Part shown: positions 35,764 to 45,216 of the stretch, piece by piece | Layout of the letters: every line of letters begins with the position of its first letter | How positions within the stretch are numbered: position 1 is the first letter of the stretch | DNA from: Smithella sp. | GTDB taxonomy: Bacteria > Desulfobacterota > Syntrophia > Syntrophales > Smithellaceae | Direction: 5' to 3' | Assembly: GCA_049523355.1 (NCBI GenBank) | Contig: JBEKMY010000009.1 | Location: 3,539-67,538 of the forward strand | DNA length: 64,000 nt | The notes under the pieces: generated by a model | What the model saw: the letters and a program-made list of their open reading frames with translations, nothing else | Database searches by the model: none | What the model was told of the DNA's origin: nothing | Made by a program: the position numbers and the translations under genes

Positions 35764-35771
35764 CATTTTTA
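35764..35771. repeat. target-site duplication, right copy (CATTTTTA)
   Basis: Identical to 32381-32388. Confidence 0.85.
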
Positions 35772-35897
35772 TATAGACCGACGCTGAAAAATATTATAAA
35801 ATAATCAATATAATTAAAAACTAAAGGCAACAAATCAGATAAACTAAAATATTCAAAACGTAAAAACTTCAGGAAGAAAAAGTATTAAGGAGGCGAA

Positions 35898-37178
35898 ATG
35901 AATTTTTATAAAATTTTGGACAAAATATTCATTTTGGTATTGATCATTTTCATCATCTGCTGTTCAAAAATGGCTGTCGCTGATGAAAAGCCCATCCCCG
36001 TTTCACCTGTGGAAATAAAATCATTACCGGCAGCACAGCCGGAAACCGGACCTCCGACAATTATGACGCCGTCAAATAAGCCCAACCGCAATGCGATAGG
36101 ATGCGTGCTGCCCTTATCCGGACAATATGCCGCCTGGGGACATAAAGCATCGGATGCGATTCTGTTGTCGGCAAAAATATTTAACAGGGAAAATAAAACT
36201 TCATTGGAAGTTATTGTAGAAGATTCCGGCGGGTTGCCGGAGAAAACAAAAGCGGCCATAGCACATTTGGCCAATGATAAAAATGTTATGGCAATTATCG
36301 CCGTTACTGAAACGGCAGAAGCTGCTGAGGCAGCCCGCGAAGCCCAGAATTGGAAAGTGCCTCTAATTTTAATAACGTCCAAAGAGGGAGTTACATCTGC
36401 AGGCGAATATGTCTTCCAACATTTCCTGATACCCACACAGCAAATCAGGGCTTTAGTACATTACACCTTTGATGATTTGAATTGCGCGATATTTTCGATT
36501 TTGTATCCGCAGGATAATTATGGAGAGGAAATGGTGAAAATTTTCAGCAGGGAAGTAATAAACATAGGCGGTAAAGTGGAAAAAGCTATTCCCTATAGCA
36601 GAGAGCAAACAGATTTCGCTGACGAAATAAGCAAACTAACCGGCCGTGTTGTCAGATCTTCATCAAAAACCAAGGCTGATAAAAATGATGATCAAGGACC
36701 GGCATCTGTTGACTTTGAAGCTTTGTTTATTCCTGATTCATATTTGCGGGTAAAAATGATTACTTCGCAACTTAATTTCTATGATGTGAAGGGTTTTCAA
36801 CTTTTAGGCACAAGTTTATGGCACTCGCCGGAGTTGCTGAAGAATGGCGCTGAATATCTGGAGGATGCTGTTTTTACGGACAGTTTTTTTGTAAATGGTT
36901 TCTATCCGGAAACGATCAACTTTGTTGACACTTATTACGCAGCATACAGCCGGGAACCGGAAAACATTGAAGCGCTTTCTTTTGATACAGCCGGAATAAT
37001 TTTTAGTATACTGGAAAACAAAAATGTTAAAACAAGGCAGGATCTTGTCGCAGGTTTAATAAAAATGGAAAATTACAATGGCGCGACCGGTAATATATAT
37101 TTTGATTCAAACAGGGTTGCTCAAAAGACTGCTTTTATATTGAAAGTTAAAGATAAAAAGCTTGAACAGGTACGATGA
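35898..37178 (+). CDS. periplasmic-binding-protein type I lipoprotein (LivK/ABC substrate-binding or LpoA-like)
   Basis: Signal peptide with lipobox-like IICC, then a PBP1 pattern (GCVLPLSGQYAAWG...). Confidence 0.6.
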   Translation: MNFYKILDKIFILVLIIFIICCSKMAVADEKPIPVSPVEIKSLPAAQPETGPPTIMTPSNKPNRNAIGCVLPLSGQYAAWGHKASDAILLSAKIFNRENKTSLEVIVEDSGGLPEKTKAAIAHLANDKNVMAIIAVTETAEAAEAAREAQNWKVPLILITSKEGVTSAGEYVFQHFLIPTQQIRALVHYTFDDLNCAIFSILYPQDNYGEEMVKIFSREVINIGGKVEKAIPYSREQTDFADEISKLTGRVVRSSSKTKADKNDDQGPASVDFEALFIPDSYLRVKMITSQLNFYDVKGFQLLGTSLWHSPELLKNGAEYLEDAVFTDSFFVNGFYPETINFVDTYYAAYSREPENIEALSFDTAGIIFSILENKNVKTRQDLVAGLIKMENYNGATGNIYFDSNRVAQKTAFILKVKDKKLEQVR

Positions 37179-37273
37179 TGTTGATAAATTACCTGCTGCT
37201 GCTTTTTTTCTTTTTGATAAATAATATCTGATTGCTTATTAAACAATATTTAAATTAGAGGATGGAAAATTTA

Positions 37274-38041
37274 ATGCGTTTTCTATTGACCAACGATGAC
37301 GGAATTTATGCCAAAGGATTAGGCGCTCTCTATAAAGAACTTTCCAGGGAAGCTGATTGCCTGATTGTTGCGCCGGAAATTGAACAAAGCGCTGTGGGAC
37401 ATGCGATCACAATTTCTCGTCCCCTGATGGTGCGTCGCGCCACTAAGAATTCGAACTTTTTAGGATATGCCGTTTTAGGCACACCTGCGGACTGCGTAAA
37501 AATAGGAATCACCGAATTATCGGATAAGACGGTGGATCTGGTTGTCTCGGGAATCAACAGGGGAGGCAATGCCGGTATCAATGTTCTTTATTCGGGAACA
37601 GTATCTGCCGCGACAGAAGGAGCAATTCTGGGCGTCCCGTCAATGGCCATTTCTCTTGACACTCATCAAGAAGCTGATTTTACCTATGCTGCCAAATTCG
37701 CCCGCAAAATGACCCGGTTAATTTTACGCAATTCGAAACAACTCAAAGGAAGCGCAATTAATGTCAATATTCCCTGTATTCCTTGTGAAAAAATCAAAGG
37801 CGTTGTTGTTGTAAGGCAAGCCAAAAGCAACATTGTCGAAACTTTCGAGAAGCGCGTGGATCCAAGAGAAAATATTTATTACTGGTTTGCCGGTGAAGCT
37901 CAATGCGCTTGCGAGCAGAAAGATACTGACGTCGGCGCTCTGGCGGCGGGCTTTATCACAATCACACCAATTCAATATGATATGACCAGATACGATTTAC
38001 TCGATACCCTTAAGGATGTTGTGAAATCAGATAAATTTTAA
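37274..38041 (+). CDS. surE: 5'/3'-nucleotidase SurE
   Basis: MRFLLTNDDGI...GINRGGN...YSGTVSAA signatures. Confidence 0.9.
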   Translation: MRFLLTNDDGIYAKGLGALYKELSREADCLIVAPEIEQSAVGHAITISRPLMVRRATKNSNFLGYAVLGTPADCVKIGITELSDKTVDLVVSGINRGGNAGINVLYSGTVSAATEGAILGVPSMAISLDTHQEADFTYAAKFARKMTRLILRNSKQLKGSAINVNIPCIPCEKIKGVVVVRQAKSNIVETFEKRVDPRENIYYWFAGEAQCACEQKDTDVGALAAGFITITPIQYDMTRYDLLDTLKDVVKSDKF

Positions 38042-38352
38042 TCATGTGGATAATTCAACCGGATAACGGGTAAAAATCATCAATAGTCATACAAAAAAAT
38101 GTTCAGAAATGTACCTGTCCTTATTGGGCACCAGCGACCCGAGGATTAGTTAAATCCTGCCTTGTTATATAAACATCCCGGACTATTTGCCGGGCTATAC
38201 CTTTCTCTGTATTTAAGTAAAGGGAGCGCGATATGGCTATCAGTGTTTTTGCGAGATAAAACGGGCTTCATCTTTGCAAGTGGAACCATAAGATGATTGA
38301 ATTACCCGTTCAGGTTTTAAAAAGCGTTATGCTATACCGGCAGATAAGTTGC

Positions 38353-39204
38353 TTAACGGGTAAGCAGGACTGGAATCGGGCTTTTGCGAATAACATGTGA
38401 GGTTGTGCTGCCCAGGAATAATTCACGCAGACGGTTGTGGCCATAGGCTCCCATAACCATTAATTCCACAGCACCTTCCTGGATGAACTTTATGATTTCA
38501 TCCTGTTCTTTGCCGGACATGATAATTACTTCACAATCAGCTATTGGTGCTTCCGGGGTGTTTTCATTCATCTCTTCTACCTGCGTGGATAAAGTATCAG
38601 CCTTTTTCGCATCTGATGTAATGATGAGAACTGTCAACGGCCAAGAGGTTTGTTTCGATAATTTTAAAGAAAGCTTAAAAGCTTCTAACGCGGAATCGCT
38701 GCCGTCGTAAGCAATCCCCATGCTTTCTATTTCCAGAAAATTCTCTGGAGTGATCAGCACCGGTTTGCCCGAATAACGTACAACAGCTTCGGCAACCAAA
38801 CCAAGAAGCCCACTTTCCTTCAAGTGAAAGTGTTCTCCTTTTTTCGACATCAGAATTAAATCAGCGTCTTGAGCTTTTTCGACTATTTTTGAACTGATTC
38901 TACCGATTGTCTTTTTTACTTCGGCCTGTATACCATATTTCTGGCAACGTTCTCGAAATGCTTTTAAGATAGAATCCGCCTTTTCATTAAGAGATTTTTC
39001 GATGGCATCAAAGAAACCCTCGTAAGGCGGCATTCCGACTGAACCGGAAATATCAGTAAGCATGGGCCCCTGAATCAAATTCACATCAATAACGTAAAGG
39101 CCTGTTAAGGCAGCGGAAAGTTTTCTGGCGATATAAATTCCATATTCCAATGCCGTAAGGCTATTGTCGGAACCATCAGTAGGAATGAGAATTTTTTTTA
39201 TCAT
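38353..39204 (-). CDS. tandem-domain universal stress protein (UspA family)
   Basis: Two USP domains, each ending in a G..G...LGS.T..V.....PVL-type motif. Confidence 0.85.
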   Translation of the reverse strand: MIKKILIPTDGSDNSLTALEYGIYIARKLSAALTGLYVIDVNLIQGPMLTDISGSVGMPPYEGFFDAIEKSLNEKADSILKAFRERCQKYGIQAEVKKTIGRISSKIVEKAQDADLILMSKKGEHFHLKESGLLGLVAEAVVRYSGKPVLITPENFLEIESMGIAYDGSDSALEAFKLSLKLSKQTSWPLTVLIITSDAKKADTLSTQVEEMNENTPEAPIADCEVIIMSGKEQDEIIKFIQEGAVELMVMGAYGHNRLRELFLGSTTSHVIRKSPIPVLLTR

Positions 39205-39234
39205 GATGACTCTTCCGTAAAATCAAAGACGTGA

Positions 39235-39906
39235 TCACTTTTGCTTTTTATCGAAGTGTTTTAAATCCTGGAGCAAATCAGCCACATCTTTTTCTTCCCA
39301 AACATCCGAAACGCCATTATCTTCACTGTCCGCGTTCTGCGGATTGGAGCTATCTTCATTAAAAACAAGGAATTTCCCCACAAAATTTCCATTTTTATAG
39401 GTAGCCTTTTCTTTTATCTTTCCGCTTTTGTAATACGCAAAATATTCGCCTTCTCTTTTGTCGTTTTTGAAATATCCTTTTTCTTTAATTTGGCCTGTTT
39501 TATAGTAACAAATATACTCGCCATCAAACTTGCCGTTTTTGAAATTTTCCTGTTGTTTTAATTGCCCGGTCTTATAATAAATTTGATATTTGCCGTCGAG
39601 CTTGCCATTTTTATAATTTTCCTGCTCTCTGATATGACCATTTTCATAATAAGAAATATATTCACCTTCCATCCGGCCATTAATAAAAGTCGCCTTTTCT
39701 CTAATATGTCCGTCATGGTAATAAACTACCGCCGAACCATTTTTTTTGCCGCGGACAAAATTAATGTGCGCCAGTATCTGACCGCTATGGTAGTAAGAAA
39801 AATATTCGCCTTCTGTTTTGCCTTCCAGAACATATTTTTTTTCTTTTACAGTTCCATCGGAGAAAAGCATTTTTTTTTCAACGGGAATCGAATTTATTGC
39901 GGCCAT
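39235..39906 (-). CDS. MORN-repeat variant protein (YwqK-like)
   Basis: About 7 repeats of Y(Y/F)..G.(I/L)...(E/A).(F/Y).NGK..GEY. Confidence 0.8.
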   Translation of the reverse strand: MAAINSIPVEKKMLFSDGTVKEKKYVLEGKTEGEYFSYYHSGQILAHINFVRGKKNGSAVVYYHDGHIREKATFINGRMEGEYISYYENGHIREQENYKNGKLDGKYQIYYKTGQLKQQENFKNGKFDGEYICYYKTGQIKEKGYFKNDKREGEYFAYYKSGKIKEKATYKNGNFVGKFLVFNEDSSNPQNADSEDNGVSDVWEEKDVADLLQDLKHFDKKQK

Positions 39907-40190
39907 AAAAATAAAATCCCTTTTAAAGTTCTAATTTTATTAAAATAATTTAAAGTTTGAAGACGATCTTATAACTACTTTGTTTCGGAGACACCCTATA
40001 AAAAGGCCTGTTATTTTCAGGTTATCAAGTCATTGCTTTTTTTAAACAATCGTTTATGATAATGCAACTAAAAAGAATTTATTTATTAATAAATTTAGTT
40101 TAATTTTTTTCCGAATAAAGTTATTAGAGCCCAATTATTGGATATATTGCTTTCTAAAAAGCTTGCGGATTATGGTAAAGATTACAAATC

Positions 40191-41384
40191 ATGATAACTC
40201 CTAATTTAGATACAACGAGAATAGCCATTATTGGTCCTGGCCGGTTAGGCACGTCTTTTGCGTATAAATTTGGCCGTGACAACAAACGAGTTGCTATTTA
40301 CTACCATGATTCGGAAGTTTGTAAAGCGATAAATAGAGATCACTTAAATCCTCTACACTTAACCGAAGATTTATCTAAGCGTTTGGGTGGAATGCAAAAC
40401 GTTCCCCGTTTGTCGTCCAACGTACAAGCTACAAACGACCTGGAACATATCGTCGAAAATAACGATTTTATTGTTCTGGCCATAACAATGAACCGCCTGC
40501 CGGAATTTCTCAATTATCTCAAACCAATGATTGATAAAAAGGCAGGAGATACCTGCCTTATTTCTCCGATAAAAGGCTTGATTTCCGATGAAATTTCTAA
40601 AGAATTGATAACACCTTCGCAACTCATCAACAATAATTTATACAATTTAAAGCACAAGTATCAGCTTGGATGCATAGGCGGACCGTTTTTTGATATGGAT
40701 ATTGCGCTGGGCAATCCTGTTTGTCTGACAGTGGCCGGTAAAAAACGCGTTGCCAATATTATCAGGGAAGATTTACTTAAATTTAACCGCAAGGAAATGA
40801 ATTCATATTATAATTTTGACGTTGTCGGAGTGGAAGCTTGCGGCGCTTTAAAAAATATTGTGGCGAATATCAAGGGCATGGCAGATTCTCTGCAACTGGG
40901 CGACTCAATCCCCGGCACCATATTCGCCCGTTCCGGCGTGGAAATTCGGTCGTTGTCCCGTCTTTTGGGAGGAAGTTTTCAGGCTTTTCACAGTCAGGCA
41001 GGCGTGGGCGATATGTATGTAACTGTTTCATCGCTGGCCAGCAAAAATTATCGTTATGGAAAATATTTTTATGAACTATATACCGGTAATCCCATCGAAA
41101 CCAACTTGCGCGTTCTGGAAAAGATTGATGGAACTCCCGAAGGTCCCAACACGGTCAGAAACGTTCATAAATATCTGGAAAAGAAAAATATGTACAGCCC
41201 GCTATTTTCCTGCGCATATAGGATATTTAATGAAGCGGGCGAGAAAAACGCCATAAAAGATATGATAATTCACGCCTGTCAATATGATAAGAGAAATAAA
41301 GAATATATAGACCCTCTGTCCAGATTCATGTACCGCATTCTGCCTGATTACTGGTATCGTCGCGATAAAAGTATCTTCGACTAA
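40191..41384 (+). CDS. NAD(P)H-dependent glycerol-3-phosphate dehydrogenase-like protein (GpsA family, extended)
   Basis: IAIIGPGRLG Rossmann motif, GALKNIVA motif. It appears longer than I recall typical GpsA being. Confidence 0.65.
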   Translation: MITPNLDTTRIAIIGPGRLGTSFAYKFGRDNKRVAIYYHDSEVCKAINRDHLNPLHLTEDLSKRLGGMQNVPRLSSNVQATNDLEHIVENNDFIVLAITMNRLPEFLNYLKPMIDKKAGDTCLISPIKGLISDEISKELITPSQLINNNLYNLKHKYQLGCIGGPFFDMDIALGNPVCLTVAGKKRVANIIREDLLKFNRKEMNSYYNFDVVGVEACGALKNIVANIKGMADSLQLGDSIPGTIFARSGVEIRSLSRLLGGSFQAFHSQAGVGDMYVTVSSLASKNYRYGKYFYELYTGNPIETNLRVLEKIDGTPEGPNTVRNVHKYLEKKNMYSPLFSCAYRIFNEAGEKNAIKDMIIHACQYDKRNKEYIDPLSRFMYRILPDYWYRRDKSIFD

Positions 41385-41391
41385 AATATAA

Positions 41392-43563
41392 TTAAAGCTT
41401 CTTTAAAAACGTCAATACCATAGCGTTTACCTCATCCGCTTCCTTCCCCCGCAATATACCGTGGTGATTGGCATAAACTCGTATAAGCTGCTTTTCCTTT
41501 GTGCCGAGTTTTTTAAATATTTCCTCTCCGCTCACTGGATCCACTACAGGGTCGCCTGAAGCATGTATGATAAGTGTCGGATCCGTCACTTTTCCCAGAC
41601 GATTTTCAACAAACCTCATCAGCTTATCCAGTTCATAGCCGCCGCTCACGGGATTTCGGAGATAGTTTATCTGCGGATATTCCGGATCATTTTCGACGAA
41701 TTCCATTTTCCATTTATCTATTTTGATTTTCGTGAGTAATTTATTCCACGCGACAATAACAGGCGCAAACCTGGAAGCAACGCTCATTAGTTTGAAAGGA
41801 GCGTTGATTGAAATAACTCCGGTAAACCTGCCGGGTTTGTTGGCAGCTTGTAACAGGGCAATTCCGCCGCCCATGGAAAAGCCGACAATGGAAAATGTTT
41901 TAACACTGTTTTTCATGATAATATAAGCCCTGCTTGCAGAATCGTACCATTTTCCCCAATTTTGGATTGCAAGATCCTCAGGAGCTGTGCCATGCCCCTG
42001 CAACCGGACGCCGTAAACATTATAACCATTCTTATATAGGTAATCCGCCAGCGGTCTCATCTCTTCCGGCGCCGCCATATATCCGTGAACAAGAATAATT
42101 CCCTTTCTGCTGAAAAAATGCTTCAAAAAGAAAGGTTCCCCGATATTTTTAGGTTTGCTCTCGTTTTCTATGTAATACTGCTTATAATCCTTATCGAAAA
42201 GCATCTTATCCAACTTGACAAAGAGATTTCTTATCTTCCATCTGATAACAAATCCCGGAAGGAACATCAGCCAATCCACTGTATTGGTGAGACCCCGGAG
42301 AGGCTCTATTTCGTTTTTGAGAACTTCAATGATATTATCTCTCCTGATAGTATGAAAATCGAACTTCCTGCTGAATCGTACTCTATTTTTAGTGATTATA
42401 CCGTCCTTCAGGGTAATGAGGTTGCCGGATACGGCTTCCTTTATAAAATTTTCGTATTTTTCATGATAATCATCAGTAAGAAGATAAAACTGTTTTTTGT
42501 AAAGGGATGTGTGGCAGTTGGACATGCCGATTCCACGCAAATATTCAATGGCAAGAAAAACGCGGTTTTTGAAATTGCCTTCACTGATACAGTTCTTCCA
42601 GTATTTCGTCAGAATATAAGAAAACAAATGGTCATGATTAACAGTCGTCATGCCGTATATGGCATTCATATAATCAGCCATCATGTTGACGCATATTTTT
42701 CTGAAAGGAATGAATTTTTTAAAATTATCGCTATCCAAATAAGGATGATCATCAGCCAGCATCTTGTTTAGCGCTTTGTTGGGAGTGATATAATTTTTTA
42801 CCGGTATTGGCTTACCGAAGTTAATATCAATATCCACCTTGCCCAATATCATGTTACCCTCAACTTCTAACTCCTCCTGAAAACGCGGTGAAATATTATT
42901 GATTAATCTGGCGGCAAGTTTGCTGAGTTCGTTCTCCCGCGCGCGGACAGGATAATAGGTGATATTTACCGGAATAATATAAGTTTCCTTATTTATAATA
43001 TTTTCTACATCCGTAAGATCAAAACCGAAATGCGCCGCCATCCGGGCAGTGGATGAATTATCGCCCCGCAAGTGGAATGTTCTCAATTTTGTACGTATGA
43101 ACTGGGTCAGCAAAGCGATCTGCGCCGCCCCCGAATGAGGGGGCCTTCGGATACCTGAATTATAAACAATATACTTGCCTTTCTCGATAATCTTTTTATC
43201 CTTTATTATCTGGCCTTCCGGAAAAATAATAACAGGATGACTGTCTGTAAGAAGCGCGTTGATAAAGATTTTGTCTCTGTTCGGATCGGCGGTGGAAATA
43301 GCGCCCACATTATCCATGAATTCTCCCATTCTGCCGCTGAAAAAAGATTTATCTGCCAGAGAAACGGGATATTTTTTTATGCTCTTTTTGATGATATACG
43401 GCATTAAAATTGTTTCTATGCGCGTAAAGTGATTAATGACATACAAAACAGGATGATCAGGCACATTTTCAAGCCCATGCAGACGTAAGTCCATTCCCGA
43501 CGCCTTAATTAAGGTATCAAGCGCTGCTTCAATAATATTAATCAAATCGTTTGATATCTTCAT
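41392..43563 (-). CDS. fusion protein: PlsC-type acyltransferase (N) + alpha/beta hydrolase/lysophospholipase-like (C)
   Basis: N-terminal NHFTRIET (Hx4[D/E]) and FPEGQ acyltransferase motifs. C-terminal HGYMAAPEEM...GFSMGG nucleophile elbow. Confidence 0.7.
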   Translation of the reverse strand: MKISNDLINIIEAALDTLIKASGMDLRLHGLENVPDHPVLYVINHFTRIETILMPYIIKKSIKKYPVSLADKSFFSGRMGEFMDNVGAISTADPNRDKIFINALLTDSHPVIIFPEGQIIKDKKIIEKGKYIVYNSGIRRPPHSGAAQIALLTQFIRTKLRTFHLRGDNSSTARMAAHFGFDLTDVENIINKETYIIPVNITYYPVRARENELSKLAARLINNISPRFQEELEVEGNMILGKVDIDINFGKPIPVKNYITPNKALNKMLADDHPYLDSDNFKKFIPFRKICVNMMADYMNAIYGMTTVNHDHLFSYILTKYWKNCISEGNFKNRVFLAIEYLRGIGMSNCHTSLYKKQFYLLTDDYHEKYENFIKEAVSGNLITLKDGIITKNRVRFSRKFDFHTIRRDNIIEVLKNEIEPLRGLTNTVDWLMFLPGFVIRWKIRNLFVKLDKMLFDKDYKQYYIENESKPKNIGEPFFLKHFFSRKGIILVHGYMAAPEEMRPLADYLYKNGYNVYGVRLQGHGTAPEDLAIQNWGKWYDSASRAYIIMKNSVKTFSIVGFSMGGGIALLQAANKPGRFTGVISINAPFKLMSVASRFAPVIVAWNKLLTKIKIDKWKMEFVENDPEYPQINYLRNPVSGGYELDKLMRFVENRLGKVTDPTLIIHASGDPVVDPVSGEEIFKKLGTKEKQLIRVYANHHGILRGKEADEVNAMVLTFLKKL

Positions 43564-44381
43564 TGTATTCCGTCTTCTTTTTTTATTCTTAGTTTTACAT
43601 TAGCCGCCACTCTTTTTAATATGTCCGGATTATTGGTAAAAATCCCGCTGACTCCCATTTTTAAAAATCGCTTCATATTTCTTGCGTCATTGACAGTGTA
43701 AATATTTACGGGAATATTATTTAATTTAATATTTGCAAGCCACTTTTTGTTAAAATCCTTGCTGGAACAGTTAAAGGCGTCAGCTCCCGCTAACTCCATT
43801 ATATCCGAAGGCAATTTAGAATCATAAATTTTTAGTTCAAACAACACGGCGACAGTCACGGTATTGTCTATCTGCTTTAGATGCATAAGGGCGCGCGGGT
43901 CAAAACTGGAAAACACGACATGTTCCCGCATGCCGCTTTGTTCGACAATCTTCAAACATTTTTCTTCAATGCCTCCGAAAAACATTTTACTAACCGCTTC
44001 CGTTTTGATTTCAATATTCACCGCAATTTTATTTTTGCAGATGCTCAAAACTTCAGCCAGAGTTGGTATTCTTGTGTTTGTAAAATTCTTATTAAACCAG
44101 CTTCCGGCATCCATTTTTTTTAATGAAGCAAGAGTATGATCGGCAATTCTTCCACGGCTGTCAGTGCAGCGTGAAATTTTTTCGTCATGAAAGACAACAA
44201 CTTCTTTATCCGAGGTAAGTTGCACGTCAAGCTCGATCATATCTGCGCCCATGGCAATAGCCCCCTCAAACGAAGGAAGAGTGTTTTCGGGATAATAGGC
44301 CGATGCTCCGCGATGAGCGATGATTGTAAAATCATCGCCTACGCCGGGGTTATACTTGAATAAATGATATGGCTTGCCCAT
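43560..44381 (-). CDS. glycerophosphodiester phosphodiesterase (GDPD)
   Basis: IIAHRGASAYYPENT...ELDVQLTSD...FHD motifs. Its start overlaps the upstream... its stop region overlaps the downstream gene start as ATGA. Confidence 0.85.
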   Translation of the reverse strand: MGKPYHLFKYNPGVGDDFTIIAHRGASAYYPENTLPSFEGAIAMGADMIELDVQLTSDKEVVVFHDEKISRCTDSRGRIADHTLASLKKMDAGSWFNKNFTNTRIPTLAEVLSICKNKIAVNIEIKTEAVSKMFFGGIEEKCLKIVEQSGMREHVVFSSFDPRALMHLKQIDNTVTVAVLFELKIYDSKLPSDIMELAGADAFNCSSKDFNKKWLANIKLNNIPVNIYTVNDARNMKRFLKMGVSGIFTNNPDILKRVAANVKLRIKKEDGIQ

Positions 44382-44544
44382 ATTTCTGTCATTACCTTAT
44401 TGTTAATATTTTTATATTTTTAACACATTTAATTTTATAGTTCTTCAATTATTTTATTATTTACAAATTTGACCGAAAGAGTTAATAATTTTATAAATAT
44501 AAACCTATGTCTTTTTATATAATACGGATTGGTCAGGGGGTAAC

Positions 44545-45114
44545 ATGAAAATATTAGGCATTATGGGAAGTCCACGGATTGGCGGCAACAGCGATATTCT
44601 CCTTGACGATGCTCTTGCCGGCGCCGAAAAAACGGGCGCGAAAGTGGAAAAAATTATCCTGAACAAGATGAAAATATTCGATTGCCAAGATTGCAGGAAA
44701 TGCAACGAAACCGGTCTTTGCGTCATTAAAGACGACATGCCTGAAATCCTCAAAAAGATACTGGATGCGGACGCTATAATCCACAGCGTGCCGGTTTACT
44801 TCTGGTCTATGACCGCGCAAATGAAAGCTTACCTGGACCGGTGGTGCGCTCTGTTTGACGCCAACTGGAATTGGCAGAAAGCTTACTATCCAAATATGAA
44901 AGGCAAACGCATCGGTCTCATCACTGTTTGCGGAGATCCGAATGTACACACGGCTGACCCTATTGTGCACAGCTTTAAATTAACAGTGGAAATGACAAAA
45001 ATGCACTGGCTTGGAGCCGTAATGGCATCCGCGGGTGACAAAGGAGACATCATCAAAGACGAAAAAGCCAGAAAACAGGCCTCTGAACTGGGAAGGAAAG
45101 CAGCAACACCCTGA
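44545..45114 (+). CDS. iron-sulfur flavoprotein (Isf) / NADPH-dependent FMN reductase family
   Basis: GSPRIGGNS flavodoxin-like start plus the compact CQDCRKCNETGLC (CX2CX2CX5C) cluster motif. Confidence 0.7.
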   Translation: MKILGIMGSPRIGGNSDILLDDALAGAEKTGAKVEKIILNKMKIFDCQDCRKCNETGLCVIKDDMPEILKKILDADAIIHSVPVYFWSMTAQMKAYLDRWCALFDANWNWQKAYYPNMKGKRIGLITVCGDPNVHTADPIVHSFKLTVEMTKMHWLGAVMASAGDKGDIIKDEKARKQASELGRKAATP

Positions 45115-45216
45115 TTCTTCCTCTCAAGCATCAAATCAAGTCTCTTCTTAATTATTGCCTGCATCCATTACTATTGGATCGTTAGCAATTATTAGAAGTG
45201 CGTCTTAACATTTTAC

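Noticed and set aside
35906-36436. 176-aa minus-strand ORF overlapping the start of the binding-protein gene
   Set aside because: It is antisense to a gene with a clear signal peptide, lipobox and PBP fold pattern. There is no independent support.
42085-42771. 228-aa plus-strand ORF inside the acyltransferase/hydrolase gene
   Set aside because: It is antisense to a strongly supported 723-aa CDS. Its composition is typical of AT-rich antisense frames.
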